DNA of 50,395 nt from a virus (taxonomy: Duplodnaviria; Caudoviricetes), in the IMG/VR virus record IMGVR_UViG_3300030107_000806, positions 1 through 50,395 of that record; one strand, 5' to 3'. Positions 36,612 to 46,250 of this stretch are shown here, in pieces. Below the pieces are notes generated by a model. It was not told where the DNA came from and ran no database searches. It saw nothing but the letters and a program-made list of their open reading frames with translations. Position numbers and translations under genes: made by a program. The stretch's first letter is position 1; every line of letters starts with the position of its first letter.

Positions 36612-36621
36612 GGAGAAGTAA
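36403..36621 (+). CDS. Small helical head protein overlapping the portal 3' end in another frame
   Basis: AGGA RBS; LV..PEW..LKEYL...EVFRKQG...L..L pattern of post-portal proteins; stop abuts the next ATG. Confidence 0.7.
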   Translation: MLDNKDLQKLQTLVVKPEWQDLKEYLIKLQQLTARELAMAQSEQEVFRKQGKWNLLEQLIHLPETIKSYREK

Positions 36622-36819
36622 ATGGGCGATAAAGTAAAACCGATAGATAATTTCGTTTGGGTTAAACGAGGAGATGTATGGGTTAAAAAATATCCTACAT
36701 CTTGGAAAGGTTATAAAGAACCTATTACAAGAGGTAAAACAACATCTGCTAGAATACAAGAGTTATCTTTTAAAGATGGCGGTTATGTTTACAAAGATAA
36801 ACACGGAAAGGAAGTTTAA
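36622..36819 (+). CDS. Small protein with FKDGG motif
   Basis: 65-aa ORF, GGGAG RBS. Confidence 0.7.
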   Translation: MGDKVKPIDNFVWVKRGDVWVKKYPTSWKGYKEPITRGKTTSARIQELSFKDGGYVYKDKHGKEV

Positions 36820-36821
36820 TT

Positions 36822-37001
36822 ATGAGCGGTTACAAAAAAATAGAAGTTAAAACAATTAATATACCGGGATTTGGTAGCTATACTGGTCCTATTAAAATAT
36901 TAGAATCAAAATTACCAAGTGGCAAACAAGTTACTAAAAGTAATAAAGCACCTAGACCTAGAAGAGCTAAAGGTGGATACATGAAAAAGAGAGGAAGATA
37001 A
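36822..37001 (+). CDS. 59-aa basic protein with RAKGGYM motif (not in ORF track)
   Basis: AAGGA RBS; MSGYKKIEVK...RRAKGGYMKKRGR. Confidence 0.7.
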   Translation: MSGYKKIEVKTINIPGFGSYTGPIKILESKLPSGKQVTKSNKAPRPRRAKGGYMKKRGR

Positions 37002-37118
37002 TTGTCTCTTTGTGTAATATGTGGACATGAGTGTCATTGTTCTAATGGTGGTTCTTGCTGTGGTGGGAATTGCTCTTGTGGTAGTTGTCAGCATGAAATA
37101 AAATCAGAGGTCGATTAA
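37002..37118 (+). CDS. 38-aa Cys/His-rich metallothionein-like peptide (TTG start; not in ORF track)
   Basis: GAGGA RBS; MSLCVICGHECHCSNGGSCCGGNCSCGSCQHEIKSEVD, 9 Cys and 3 His. Confidence 0.65.
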   Translation: MSLCVICGHECHCSNGGSCCGGNCSCGSCQHEIKSEVD

Positions 37119-37120
37119 AA

Positions 37121-37282
37121 ATGAAAAAAGAAAAAGAATTAAATTGTATTGGCTATCCACATGATGACCCTTATGGATTAGTAGCAGCATGGTGGAAAAT
37201 ATTTACTAAACCAGAAGTTAAAAAAGAAAAACCAAAAAAAGATTTACCTAAAAAGAAATCTAGTTCAAAGGATTTTTATTAA
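37121..37282 (+). CDS. 53-aa hypothetical protein (not in ORF track)
   Basis: GAGGT RBS; MKKEKELNCIGYPHDDPYGL...; TAATG coupling to the next gene. Confidence 0.65.
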   Translation: MKKEKELNCIGYPHDDPYGLVAAWWKIFTKPEVKKEKPKKDLPKKKSSSKDFY

Positions 37283-38184
37283 TGGCGACAGGAAACTTAT
37301 ATAAAAAACAAGGAGACTTTTTAACTCCAGCTTCTGATACTGTACCAACACTTAGTCCTTATGATGTTAATACACCTCAAGCAGCTAGAGAAGGATTACC
37401 TCTTAGAATGTTTGACCCAACAAGGTCAAGGTATAAACATGGTGAAGTTGTTGATGCAGATACTAAACAATACAATCAAGCATTAAATATTTATCATTTG
37501 ATGGTAAGAGAAGGAAAAAAACCATCAGAAATTAAAACTAGAATAGGGGAAAATATGTATAATAAAATTACTATGAATAAACAAAATATTAGACAGAAAG
37601 CAGCAACAGGTGGTATTATGCCAACTGACCCTTTGCTTGACCCTAGATTTAGTAGATACTATGAGCAACCAGAATACAGAGCATATCAAGAAGGTGGACC
37701 TGTAGAAGAAGAAGCTCCAATGGAAATTCCAGAATTAAAAGAAGATGTTAATATGCAAGTAGAGTCTATGATGACTCCAAGTGAAGTTGAAGGTGAAGAA
37801 CCAGAAATGGAAGTTGAAGCAAACATAGATACTTCCGTATTAACTTCAGATGAAGAACAAGTTTTAGAAGCAGCAGTAGAACAATATCCACAATTAATAG
37901 ATATTATTTCTAAGATGACTATGAAAGAATTTACCGGTGAAGGCGAAGTCGATGGACCGGGAACAGGAACTTCAGATTCGATTCCAGCTATGTTATCAGA
38001 TGGTGAGTTTGTCTTTACAGCTAAAGCAGTTAAGCAATTAGGTGTAGATAAACTTCGTAACATGATGGCAAAAGCAGAATCGGATTATGATAATGGTATG
38101 GGTATTCAAGAACAAAATCAAATGATGAATGAACCCATGATGGCTAAAGGTGGACTTATGTCTGCTAGTCATTATAAAAAGTAG
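37282..38184 (+). CDS. Head-associated protein with GPGTGTSDSIPAMLSDGEFV module
   Basis: Motif familiar from tape-measure C-termini; several xxGG motifs; acidic middle. Confidence 0.75.
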   Translation: MATGNLYKKQGDFLTPASDTVPTLSPYDVNTPQAAREGLPLRMFDPTRSRYKHGEVVDADTKQYNQALNIYHLMVREGKKPSEIKTRIGENMYNKITMNKQNIRQKAATGGIMPTDPLLDPRFSRYYEQPEYRAYQEGGPVEEEAPMEIPELKEDVNMQVESMMTPSEVEGEEPEMEVEANIDTSVLTSDEEQVLEAAVEQYPQLIDIISKMTMKEFTGEGEVDGPGTGTSDSIPAMLSDGEFVFTAKAVKQLGVDKLRNMMAKAESDYDNGMGIQEQNQMMNEPMMAKGGLMSASHYKK

Positions 38185-38245
38185 AGCCACCCGGGCAATC
38201 ACCTAGGCACTCTACTCGGCTACTCTTGCAATTAAGCAAGACCCC
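38181..38245 (+). promoter_or_regulatory. Tandem hairpins in the scaffold leader
   Basis: GTAGAG/CTCTAC stem enclosing GCCAC...GCAC, then GGCTAC-TCTTGC/GCAAGA-CCCC. Confidence 0.55.
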
Positions 38246-38267
38246 AATAACAAGAAAGGTGATAAAA

Positions 38268-39227
38268 ATGGTAGATAGTAATGAGAACACTTTACTAGGA
38301 AGTAAAGCCACTTCTCAGAAAACAAAAGAGCAAGAGCCAAATCCATACAACATGAAAAAAGATTATCTTGATTATGATGCAATGGATGAAGCAGCAAAGA
38401 AGCCGTTTGCTGATGCAAACACAATGGCGGTTAAGAAAGACCCTCCTAAAGTTGTAGTAGATACAATGGAAAAACAAGAGGACACTCCAGAAGAACCAGC
38501 CCCAGAAGACAAACCTTATACAAAGGTTGATTACAAAAAAAGATATGATGACCTCAAGAAACATTATGATGGTCGTGTTAATTCTTTTAAAGCAAGAGAA
38601 GAAGAACTTTTAGCTGAAGTTAAGTCGAATAGACCTAAATATAAAGCTCCAAAAAGTCCGGAAGAAATTGCTGCATTTAAAAAAGAATATCCCGATGTTT
38701 ATGGTGTAGTTGAATCAGTCTCACATCTTCAAGCGTCTAAGGAAGCAGAAGATTTAAAAGAAGAGATTAACTCTCTTAAAAAATTAAATCAATCTATTTC
38801 TAAAGAAAAAGCTGAAGCACGATTAGCAAGAATGCATCCAGACTTTGAAGAAATTCGAGAGTCAGATGATTTTCATAATTGGGCTAATAGTCAACCGGAA
38901 GATATTAAGAAGTGGGTCTATGGAAACAATGCTGACGCAGAATTAGCGTCTCGAGCAATTGACCTTTTCAAACAGGATACCGGCAAGTCTAAAAATAAAT
39001 CAGAAGTATCTGGTGATACTGTACCTGCATCAGAAATGGTAAAGGTAACTAACAGTAAAGACATTGGATATGGTACGAGGAAAATTTGGACTCGTTCTCA
39101 AATAGCAGCTATGTCTCAATCAGAGTTTGCAAAGAACGAGAAAGCCATTGAAGAAGCGGCTAGGGAAGGTCGTGTCGTAAATGACATGGGCAAAAACTAT
39201 GGCGGTTCGGGCAATCCGACAATTTAA
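38268..39227 (+). CDS. Capsid scaffolding protein
   Basis: YKKRYDDLKKH, F...YPDVY, L...HPDF, AAREGRV; directly upstream of the capsid gene; ATG 38268 behind AAGGTGA. Confidence 0.8.
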   Translation: MVDSNENTLLGSKATSQKTKEQEPNPYNMKKDYLDYDAMDEAAKKPFADANTMAVKKDPPKVVVDTMEKQEDTPEEPAPEDKPYTKVDYKKRYDDLKKHYDGRVNSFKAREEELLAEVKSNRPKYKAPKSPEEIAAFKKEYPDVYGVVESVSHLQASKEAEDLKEEINSLKKLNQSISKEKAEARLARMHPDFEEIRESDDFHNWANSQPEDIKKWVYGNNADAELASRAIDLFKQDTGKSKNKSEVSGDTVPASEMVKVTNSKDIGYGTRKIWTRSQIAAMSQSEFAKNEKAIEEAAREGRVVNDMGKNYGGSGNPTI

Positions 39228-39293
39228 AAACAACGATAAAAGATAGAAGCTGTATCACATTAAACAACTAACTTTAACTACAAGGAGGAAGTA

Positions 39294-40265
39294 ATGGGAA
39301 CATTACAAAATGCTGGTGGTGCGGGTAGTTCGAACTTTAATGTCGGAACTTCGGGTCAAACCAATGAATTTTGGGTCCCGGAAATTTTTTCGAAGAAGAT
39401 ACAAAACTTCTTTAGAAAAACATCTGTCATTGAAGCGATAACTAATACAGATTATGCTGGTGAAATTAGTGCTTTTGGCGATACTGTTAAAATCATTAAA
39501 GAACCAAGTGTAACTGTTGCAGCATATACTCGTGCAGCTTCAACAACTAAGCAGTACCTTGGAGACCAAGAAGTTTCTCTTGTTATTGATAAAGCAAACT
39601 CATTCAAGTTTATTATCGATGACATTGAGGAAAAAATGTCACACATTAATTGGGCTTCAGTAGGTGCGTCAAGTGCGGCTTACACACTTAAAGACACTAT
39701 GGATTCAGAAGTAATTGCGGCTATGTTTAGCGGCACTTCATCTTCTGGACCAGACCATGTAATCGGTTCAGACAGTTCAACTGCTGACTCAACTTTAGGT
39801 CATGCAACTAACTCAGTTGACTTAGGATACGGCTCTGGAGAAATTACTCCATTAGCTCTTATGTCAAGATATGCAAGACTTTTAGATGAGCAAAATATAC
39901 CGGAAGAAGGTCGTTGGATGTTAGCTGACCCTAGATTCTATGAAGAACTAGCGGCAGAAGACTCTAAACTTATGACATCAGACTATAACCAAGGTGATGG
40001 TGGAGTAAGAAATGGTCTAGTAGCAAGTGGAATGATTAGAGGTTTTAAAATGTATAAAACTAATAACATTGCATCTACTTCTAACGCAACTGGTAAATGT
40101 ATGGCTGGTCATATCAGCTCTACAGCAACTGCACAATCTATTCTTAACATTGAAACTCTTAGAGACCATGACACTTTTGGTGACATCGTTAGAGGGCTTC
40201 ATGTATATGGAAGACAAGTTCTTAGAGATACTGCATTAATTAATGCATTCTATCTAATTGACTAA
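39294..40265 (+). CDS. Major capsid protein
   Basis: PEIFSKK, TNTDYAGEI...GDTVKI, IDDIE, P.EGRW, FGDIVRGLHVYG; AAGGAGG RBS. Confidence 0.93.
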   Translation: MGTLQNAGGAGSSNFNVGTSGQTNEFWVPEIFSKKIQNFFRKTSVIEAITNTDYAGEISAFGDTVKIIKEPSVTVAAYTRAASTTKQYLGDQEVSLVIDKANSFKFIIDDIEEKMSHINWASVGASSAAYTLKDTMDSEVIAAMFSGTSSSGPDHVIGSDSSTADSTLGHATNSVDLGYGSGEITPLALMSRYARLLDEQNIPEEGRWMLADPRFYEELAAEDSKLMTSDYNQGDGGVRNGLVASGMIRGFKMYKTNNIASTSNATGKCMAGHISSTATAQSILNIETLRDHDTFGDIVRGLHVYGRQVLRDTALINAFYLID

Positions 40266-40274
40266 TACTAACTA

Positions 40275-40303
40275 AAAGGGGGCGGCATTGAGTTCGCCCC
40301 TTT
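40275..40303 (+). terminator. Terminator after the capsid gene
   Basis: GGGGCG/CGCCCC stem flanked by A and U runs. Confidence 0.75.
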
Positions 40304-40326
40304 AACATATAAACGAGGAAAATAAA

Positions 40327-40566
40327 ATGCCAAATGTAAAAAAAGGATTTAGTGCCGAAGATGTAATCACTAGACATCAACCAAGTGTTATAGAAGGTGA
40401 TAATGTTGCATCTGTCGACCATGGAAAAGACAAATATCCAAGAAGTTATTATAAAGCAGATTTAAGAAGAGCTTGTGATAAAGCAGATATGGGAACTCCG
40501 GGTGATACTAAACTATACCCAGACAGTACAGTACCTAATCTTAAAACAGCAGCTCAAGGTAATTAA
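40327..40566 (+). CDS. Hypothetical small structural protein
   Basis: 79-aa ORF, GAGGA RBS. Confidence 0.7.
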   Translation: MPNVKKGFSAEDVITRHQPSVIEGDNVASVDHGKDKYPRSYYKADLRRACDKADMGTPGDTKLYPDSTVPNLKTAAQGN

Positions 40567-40581
40567 TAAAAGAGTTTAAAA

Positions 40582-41358
40582 ATGGCAGCACCATTCCGTA
40601 CATATTTAGATTTAACTAATACTATTATTAGAGAATTAAATGAAGTTGAATTAACTACAAGTAATTTTGCTAGTGGTGCTACAGGTGTACAAAAATTAAT
40701 TAAAGACCAAATTAACAGAGCTTATTTTGATATTTGTAATGCAGAAGATAAGTGGAGTTTCTTAGCAGTAGGAGACCCATCAAATGATTATTATGGTAAT
40801 GCTTATATTGAAACCACATCTGGAACTAGATGGTATAATTTTAGAAGTGGAACAAGTAATGCAACAACATGGTATGGTCATATTGATTTTAATAATATAA
40901 CATTAACCGAAGAAGGTGTAAGTGGAAAATCTTCACCATATGAAATTAGAAAGTTACATCCAGTAACAGTAGAATATTGGAATAAACATTTTGCTATATC
41001 AGAAGCAACAGATAAAAGTGATGCTCAAAGTTATGGTATACCATTAAGAATAATTCGTAGTCCAAAGAATGATAAGTTCGGATTATCTCCAATACCAGAT
41101 GGTGTGTACAGAATTTATTTCTTTGCTTATAGTCAACCAACAGAATTAACAGCTCATGGCGATACAGTAGTATTTCCACAACAATATTCAACAGTTTTAT
41201 TAGCAAGAGCAAGATATTATATACATCAATTTAAAGATAATATTTCTCAAGCACAATTAGCAGACCAAGAATATAAAAAAGGTTTGAGAACTATGAGAGA
41301 ACAATTAATTGAACCATTCCCAGATACAATGGGGGATGATAGAACAGCAGTAGTTTAA
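40582..41358 (+). CDS. Head-tail adaptor / tail tubular protein A
   Basis: TYLDLTN..IRELNE, INRAY.DI...W.F, LSPIPD.VY.I pattern; position after the capsid gene. Confidence 0.8.
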   Translation: MAAPFRTYLDLTNTIIRELNEVELTTSNFASGATGVQKLIKDQINRAYFDICNAEDKWSFLAVGDPSNDYYGNAYIETTSGTRWYNFRSGTSNATTWYGHIDFNNITLTEEGVSGKSSPYEIRKLHPVTVEYWNKHFAISEATDKSDAQSYGIPLRIIRSPKNDKFGLSPIPDGVYRIYFFAYSQPTELTAHGDTVVFPQQYSTVLLARARYYIHQFKDNISQAQLADQEYKKGLRTMREQLIEPFPDTMGDDRTAVV

Positions 41359-43157
41359 TGGCAGAACAAGGCGTATCAGTTATATGCGAAGGTGGATTAG
41401 ATAAAGTAGGAACAACGCATACTTTATTTAGAAGTCCGGGTGTTGCAACAGTTTTACAAAACTTTGAATCATCTATTCATGGCGGTTACAGACGAGTAAG
41501 TGGTTTTACAAAATTTGGAAGTAATCAACCTAATGGTAGTGCAGATGATATTGAAGGTATCTATAGATATGCAAAAGGTGTTGTAGCTTGTCAAGGTGCA
41601 AACATATATTATAGTACAGATGGTTCAACATGGACACAAGTAAATAAAAATACTTATATTGCTAAGACAGGAACAGTAGCAGTATCATCCGGTTCAGCAA
41701 CAATAACAGGAACAAGTACATCCTTTAGTTCAGAGTTTTCAGCAGGTGATGATATTAGAGTTAATGGAGAAGAATATAATGTTCTTTCTGTAGCAAGTAA
41801 CACATCAATGACAGTTGATGAAAACTTTGCAGCAACAGCTTCAAGTCAAACAATTTATAAAAATGGTGCAAGTGCAGCACAATTATCTAGTGCATCAGCA
41901 GTAGCAAGAACAAGTCAAAGTAATGTTCAGTTTGCTTTATACGAAGGTGAATCACAATACGGAGAATTATTTATTACTGATGGTGTGAATGAAATTGCAC
42001 AACTTAAAATTACAATTTCTGGAAGTACATATACTTATGCATTTAAAGAAATTGAAGCAAGGTCAGCTCCTTCCGACCCATCACTTTGTACAATCTTTGG
42101 AGAAAGATTAATAGTAGCAGGACAATCTGATAATCCACAAGTAGTTGCATATAGCACAAGATTAATACCAGAAGATTTTACTGGGTCAAGTGCAGGAACA
42201 ATTGATGTTGGAGACCAGATAAGAGCAATAAAACCTTTTCGTAATAAATTAATTATTTTTTGTAAAGATAGTATTTATCAATTATCTGGATTAGATAGTA
42301 CAGTAGTTTTATCATCTGTTACAAAAAATATAGGAACATTAGATGGTAATACAGTTCAAGAGATTGGTGGTGACTTAGTATTCTTAGCACCAGATGGTTT
42401 AAGAACTATTGCAGGTACAGCTCGTATTGATGATATTGAATTAAGTTCTATTAGTAGAAAAATTTTACCTATCTTTAGAGATGATGTATTACCAAATTTA
42501 GCTAATATTGTTTTTTCAAGTATGGTAATAAAAGAAAAAAGTCAATATAGATTATATTACTACAATACAACAAAAGCATCTGCTTTACAAAAAGGATTAA
42601 TAGGAACATTTAAAATATCTTCAACTGGTGCAGCAGTTTATGAGTGGAGTGAAACAAAAGGTATTCCAGCTCGTAGAGTTCACGCAGGTACAGATGAAAA
42701 TGATTCAGAAGTTTTATATCATGCTTCAGATGATGGTTATGTATATAACCATGATACAGGAAATAATTTTGCTGGAAGTAATATAGAAGCAATGTATAAA
42801 ACTCCAGATATGGATTATGGAGATGCAGGTGTTCGTAAAACTTTGTACTATATTAAAACAAGTATAAGGTCAGAAGGAACAAATAATAATTTAAAACTTC
42901 TTTGTCGTTATGACTTTGAAGATAATAATGTACCACAACCAGCAGAAATAGATATAGGTTCATTATCAAATCCAGCAGTATTCGGAACAGCAGTTTTTGG
43001 TACGGCAGTTTTTGGAGCAACACTATTTCCACAACAAAAAACAAATTTAACAGGTAGTGGTTTTACAAGTAATTTTAAAATTAGAAGTAATGGTACAAGT
43101 TCGGGGTATACTGTATCGGGCTTCTATATAGATTTTATACCGGGAGGGCGAATATAA
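41358..43157 (+). CDS. Tail nozzle / tail tubular protein B
   Basis: GGL...NFE....GGYRR, propeller-like repeats, IGGDLVFLAPDGLR. Confidence 0.8.
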   Translation: MAEQGVSVICEGGLDKVGTTHTLFRSPGVATVLQNFESSIHGGYRRVSGFTKFGSNQPNGSADDIEGIYRYAKGVVACQGANIYYSTDGSTWTQVNKNTYIAKTGTVAVSSGSATITGTSTSFSSEFSAGDDIRVNGEEYNVLSVASNTSMTVDENFAATASSQTIYKNGASAAQLSSASAVARTSQSNVQFALYEGESQYGELFITDGVNEIAQLKITISGSTYTYAFKEIEARSAPSDPSLCTIFGERLIVAGQSDNPQVVAYSTRLIPEDFTGSSAGTIDVGDQIRAIKPFRNKLIIFCKDSIYQLSGLDSTVVLSSVTKNIGTLDGNTVQEIGGDLVFLAPDGLRTIAGTARIDDIELSSISRKILPIFRDDVLPNLANIVFSSMVIKEKSQYRLYYYNTTKASALQKGLIGTFKISSTGAAVYEWSETKGIPARRVHAGTDENDSEVLYHASDDGYVYNHDTGNNFAGSNIEAMYKTPDMDYGDAGVRKTLYYIKTSIRSEGTNNNLKLLCRYDFEDNNVPQPAEIDIGSLSNPAVFGTAVFGTAVFGATLFPQQKTNLTGSGFTSNFKIRSNGTSSGYTVSGFYIDFIPGGRI

Positions 43158-45887
43158 ATGGCAGGTTATACTAGACAGAGTTCATTTTCTGATGGCGATA
43201 CTATTGCAGCATCATTATTAAATAATGAATACGACCAATTACTATCAGCATTTAATGTCTCAAGTGGTCATACTCACGATGGTTCGACTACTGGTGATGG
43301 AGGACCTTTATCAACACTTTATAGTAATGCTATAAGTTTTGGTACTGGAGCAGATACTGATATAGTTGTTACATTTAATGCTAATACAGCAGATGGTGTT
43401 TTAACATGGATGGAAGATGAGGATTATTTTAAATTCTCAGATGATATTTTAATTAATAGTACAGAAAAATTACAATTTAGAGATACAGCATTATATCTTT
43501 ATTCATCAGCAGATGGACAATTAGATTTAGTAGCGGATACAGAAATACAAATAGCAGCAACAACAATTGATATTAATGGTGCTGTTGATATATCTGGTAA
43601 TACAACTATAGGTGGAAGTCTTATTGTTGGTGGTAATACAATATCATCAGCAGAACTTGCATTCTTAGATGGTGTAACCGCAGGAACAGTTACAGCTTCA
43701 AAAGCTCTTGTTGTAGATTCAAATAAAGATATAGCTTCACTTCGTAATATTACTTTAACAGGTGAATTAGATGCAGGTTCTTTAGATGTATCTGGAGATG
43801 TAGATATAGATGGAACATTAGAAGCAGATGCAATTACAATAGATGGTGTAACATTATCAGAAACAATTGCTGATACTGTCGGTGCTATGGTATCTTCAAA
43901 TACTGAAACAGGTATTGGTGTTACCTATGATGACTCAGATAATACATTAGATTTTGTTATAGGTTCAACTTCTATTACAAATGCAATGTTAGCAGGTTCA
44001 ATTGCTGACTCAAAACTTTCAACAATATCTACAGCAGATAAAATTGATATTGGTGCATTAGATATAGATGGAGCTACAGATATTGGAGCAGCATTAGCTG
44101 ACGCTGATTTAATTATTGTTGATGATGGAGCTGGTGGAACAGAACGAAAATCAGCAATGTCAAGAGTTTCAACTTATGTTGAAAGTAAAATTAGTGGTGA
44201 CATAACTATCTCTGGTGGTACGGCTGCTATAGGAAGTGGTGTTATTGTTAATGCAGATATTAATGCAAGTGCGGCAATAGCTGATTCTAAACTAGCAACA
44301 ATTTCTACAGCCGATAAAGTTTCTGGTGCAGCAATTCAAGTTGATGGAGCTACTGATGGTACTTCAATAACATTAGCTGACTCAGATAAATTTTTAGTAG
44401 ACGATGGTGGCACAACAAAATATATTAATGCATCACAACTTAATACTTATACAAGTGCAAGTGTTGCATTAGATGATGTTTCAACAGGTGATGCAGCAGT
44501 AACATTAGCTACATCTGCTGGTAATATTACTATAGATGCTCAAGGTAGTGATACTGATATTATTTTTAAAGGAACTGATGGAAGTTCCGATACAACTTTT
44601 TTAACAATTGATGGTAGTGAAGCAGGTGCGGCAACATTTAATAATAAAATTGTAGCAACTGAATTAGATATATCTGGTGATGTAGATATTGATGGTACTC
44701 TGGAAACAGATGCTTTAACAATTAATGGTACATCTTTATCAGAAACTATAGCTGATACAGTAGGAGCTATGGTCTCTTCTAATACTGAGACAGGTATTGC
44801 AGTAACTTACGAAGATGGAGATAATACTTTAGACTTTGCATTAGGTGCAGCTCAAACAACAATTACATCTTTACTGGCAACAGATATTAAAATTGGTGAA
44901 GATGACCAAACAAAAATAGATTTTGAAACAGCAGATGAAATACATTTCTATGCAGCAAACGCTGAACAAGTTTATGTTGCAGATGGTATCTTTGGTCCAC
45001 AAACAGATAGTGATGTTGACTTAGGTTCATCAAGTGTTAGATGGAAAGATGCTTATATTGATTCAGTCACAACAACTGGTAATTTAACTGTAGGTGGAAA
45101 CTTTACAGTTAACGGAACAACAACAACTGTAAATAGTACAACAACTACAGTTGATGACCCTATAATGACATTAGGTGGAGATTCAGCTCCGGGTTCAGAT
45201 GATAATAAAGATAGAGGTCTTGAATTTAGATGGCATAATGGAAGTGCTGCTAAGTTAGGTTTCTTTGGATATGATGATAGTGCTTCTGCATTTACATTTA
45301 TTCCAGATGCTTCAAATAGTTCAGAAGTATTTAGTGGTACAGTTGGTAACGCAATTTTTGGTGATATAACAGGTACACTTCAAACTGCGGCTCAAGCAAA
45401 CATTACATCACTTGGAACACTTACAGCTTTAACAGTTGATAATGTTTCTGTTAATGGAGCAACAATTGGACATACAAGTGATACAGATTTAATTACACTA
45501 GCAGATGGTGTTGTTACTGTTGCAGGAGAAGTTTCAGCTACTACTTTAGATATAGGTGGAACAAATATTACAGCAACTGCTGCAGAACTAAACATTATGG
45601 ATGGCGTAACAGCTACAGCATCCGAACTTAATATTATGGATGGTGTGACTGCTACGACAGCAGAACTAAACATAATGGATGGTGTTACTTCAACTGCTAC
45701 TGAATTAAATATAATGGATGGAGATACAAGTGCAACATCCACAACATTAGCAGATGCTGATAGAGTAGTTGTTAATGATGCAGGAACAATGAAACAAGTT
45801 GCAATGACTGATGTAACAACTTATATCAATTCAAATGCAAGTTTTGCGTCACAAGGTTTTAGCATAGCAATGTCTGTGGCGTTATAG
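43158..45887 (+). CDS. Tail fibre protein with internal repeats
   Basis: MAGYTRQSS...GHTHDG N-terminal anchor; Asp/Thr/Gly-rich repeats; ends SIAMSVAL. Confidence 0.85.
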   Translation: MAGYTRQSSFSDGDTIAASLLNNEYDQLLSAFNVSSGHTHDGSTTGDGGPLSTLYSNAISFGTGADTDIVVTFNANTADGVLTWMEDEDYFKFSDDILINSTEKLQFRDTALYLYSSADGQLDLVADTEIQIAATTIDINGAVDISGNTTIGGSLIVGGNTISSAELAFLDGVTAGTVTASKALVVDSNKDIASLRNITLTGELDAGSLDVSGDVDIDGTLEADAITIDGVTLSETIADTVGAMVSSNTETGIGVTYDDSDNTLDFVIGSTSITNAMLAGSIADSKLSTISTADKIDIGALDIDGATDIGAALADADLIIVDDGAGGTERKSAMSRVSTYVESKISGDITISGGTAAIGSGVIVNADINASAAIADSKLATISTADKVSGAAIQVDGATDGTSITLADSDKFLVDDGGTTKYINASQLNTYTSASVALDDVSTGDAAVTLATSAGNITIDAQGSDTDIIFKGTDGSSDTTFLTIDGSEAGAATFNNKIVATELDISGDVDIDGTLETDALTINGTSLSETIADTVGAMVSSNTETGIAVTYEDGDNTLDFALGAAQTTITSLLATDIKIGEDDQTKIDFETADEIHFYAANAEQVYVADGIFGPQTDSDVDLGSSSVRWKDAYIDSVTTTGNLTVGGNFTVNGTTTTVNSTTTTVDDPIMTLGGDSAPGSDDNKDRGLEFRWHNGSAAKLGFFGYDDSASAFTFIPDASNSSEVFSGTVGNAIFGDITGTLQTAAQANITSLGTLTALTVDNVSVNGATIGHTSDTDLITLADGVVTVAGEVSATTLDIGGTNITATAAELNIMDGVTATASELNIMDGVTATTAELNIMDGVTSTATELNIMDGDTSATSTTLADADRVVVNDAGTMKQVAMTDVTTYINSNASFASQGFSIAMSVAL
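45573..45728 (+). repeat. Four 39-nt (13-aa) tandem repeats ATAAELNIMDGVT
   Basis: Units start at 45573, 45612, 45651, 45690. Confidence 0.9.
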
Positions 45888-45902
45888 TATAAGGAGGAAT
45901 AG

Positions 45903-46241
45903 ATGGCTCAAGATTTTAGAAATGTTTTACAAGATGATTTACCAACATCTCATAATGATACCAATTCATTACTATGGACTGGTGGAAATTATGATGCTAT
46001 TATTGGTATCAGATGTGTAAACATTAGTTCGTCAGCAGTTACTGTTGATGTCTACATTAGAAAATCGAGTACAGACTATTACATTGCAAAGGGGTCAAGC
46101 ATACCACCGGGAGGTTCGTTAGAACTAATTCAAGGTGGAGCTAAAATTGTTTTAGCAAGTGGTGATGTTCTTTACGGGATAGCAAGTGCTGCTAACTCAG
46201 TAGATGTAATCGTATCTGGTATTGATACAATAAGTTCGTAG
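45903..46241 (+). CDS. Tail fibre-associated small beta protein
   Basis: MAQDF...IPPGGSLE....KIVL..GD pattern; AAGGAGG RBS. Confidence 0.75.
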   Translation: MAQDFRNVLQDDLPTSHNDTNSLLWTGGNYDAIIGIRCVNISSSAVTVDVYIRKSSTDYYIAKGSSIPPGGSLELIQGGAKIVLASGDVLYGIASAANSVDVIVSGIDTISS

Positions 46242-46250
46242 GAGGATTAA

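Noticed and set aside
36912-37094. 60-aa Thr-rich - strand ORF
   Set aside because: Antisense shadow of two small + strand genes with proper RBS.
45573-45728. CRISPR-like array
   Set aside because: 39-nt units are contiguous, in frame and vary at synonymous sites; there are no spacers. The Cas4-like gene is an ordinary phage exonuclease.
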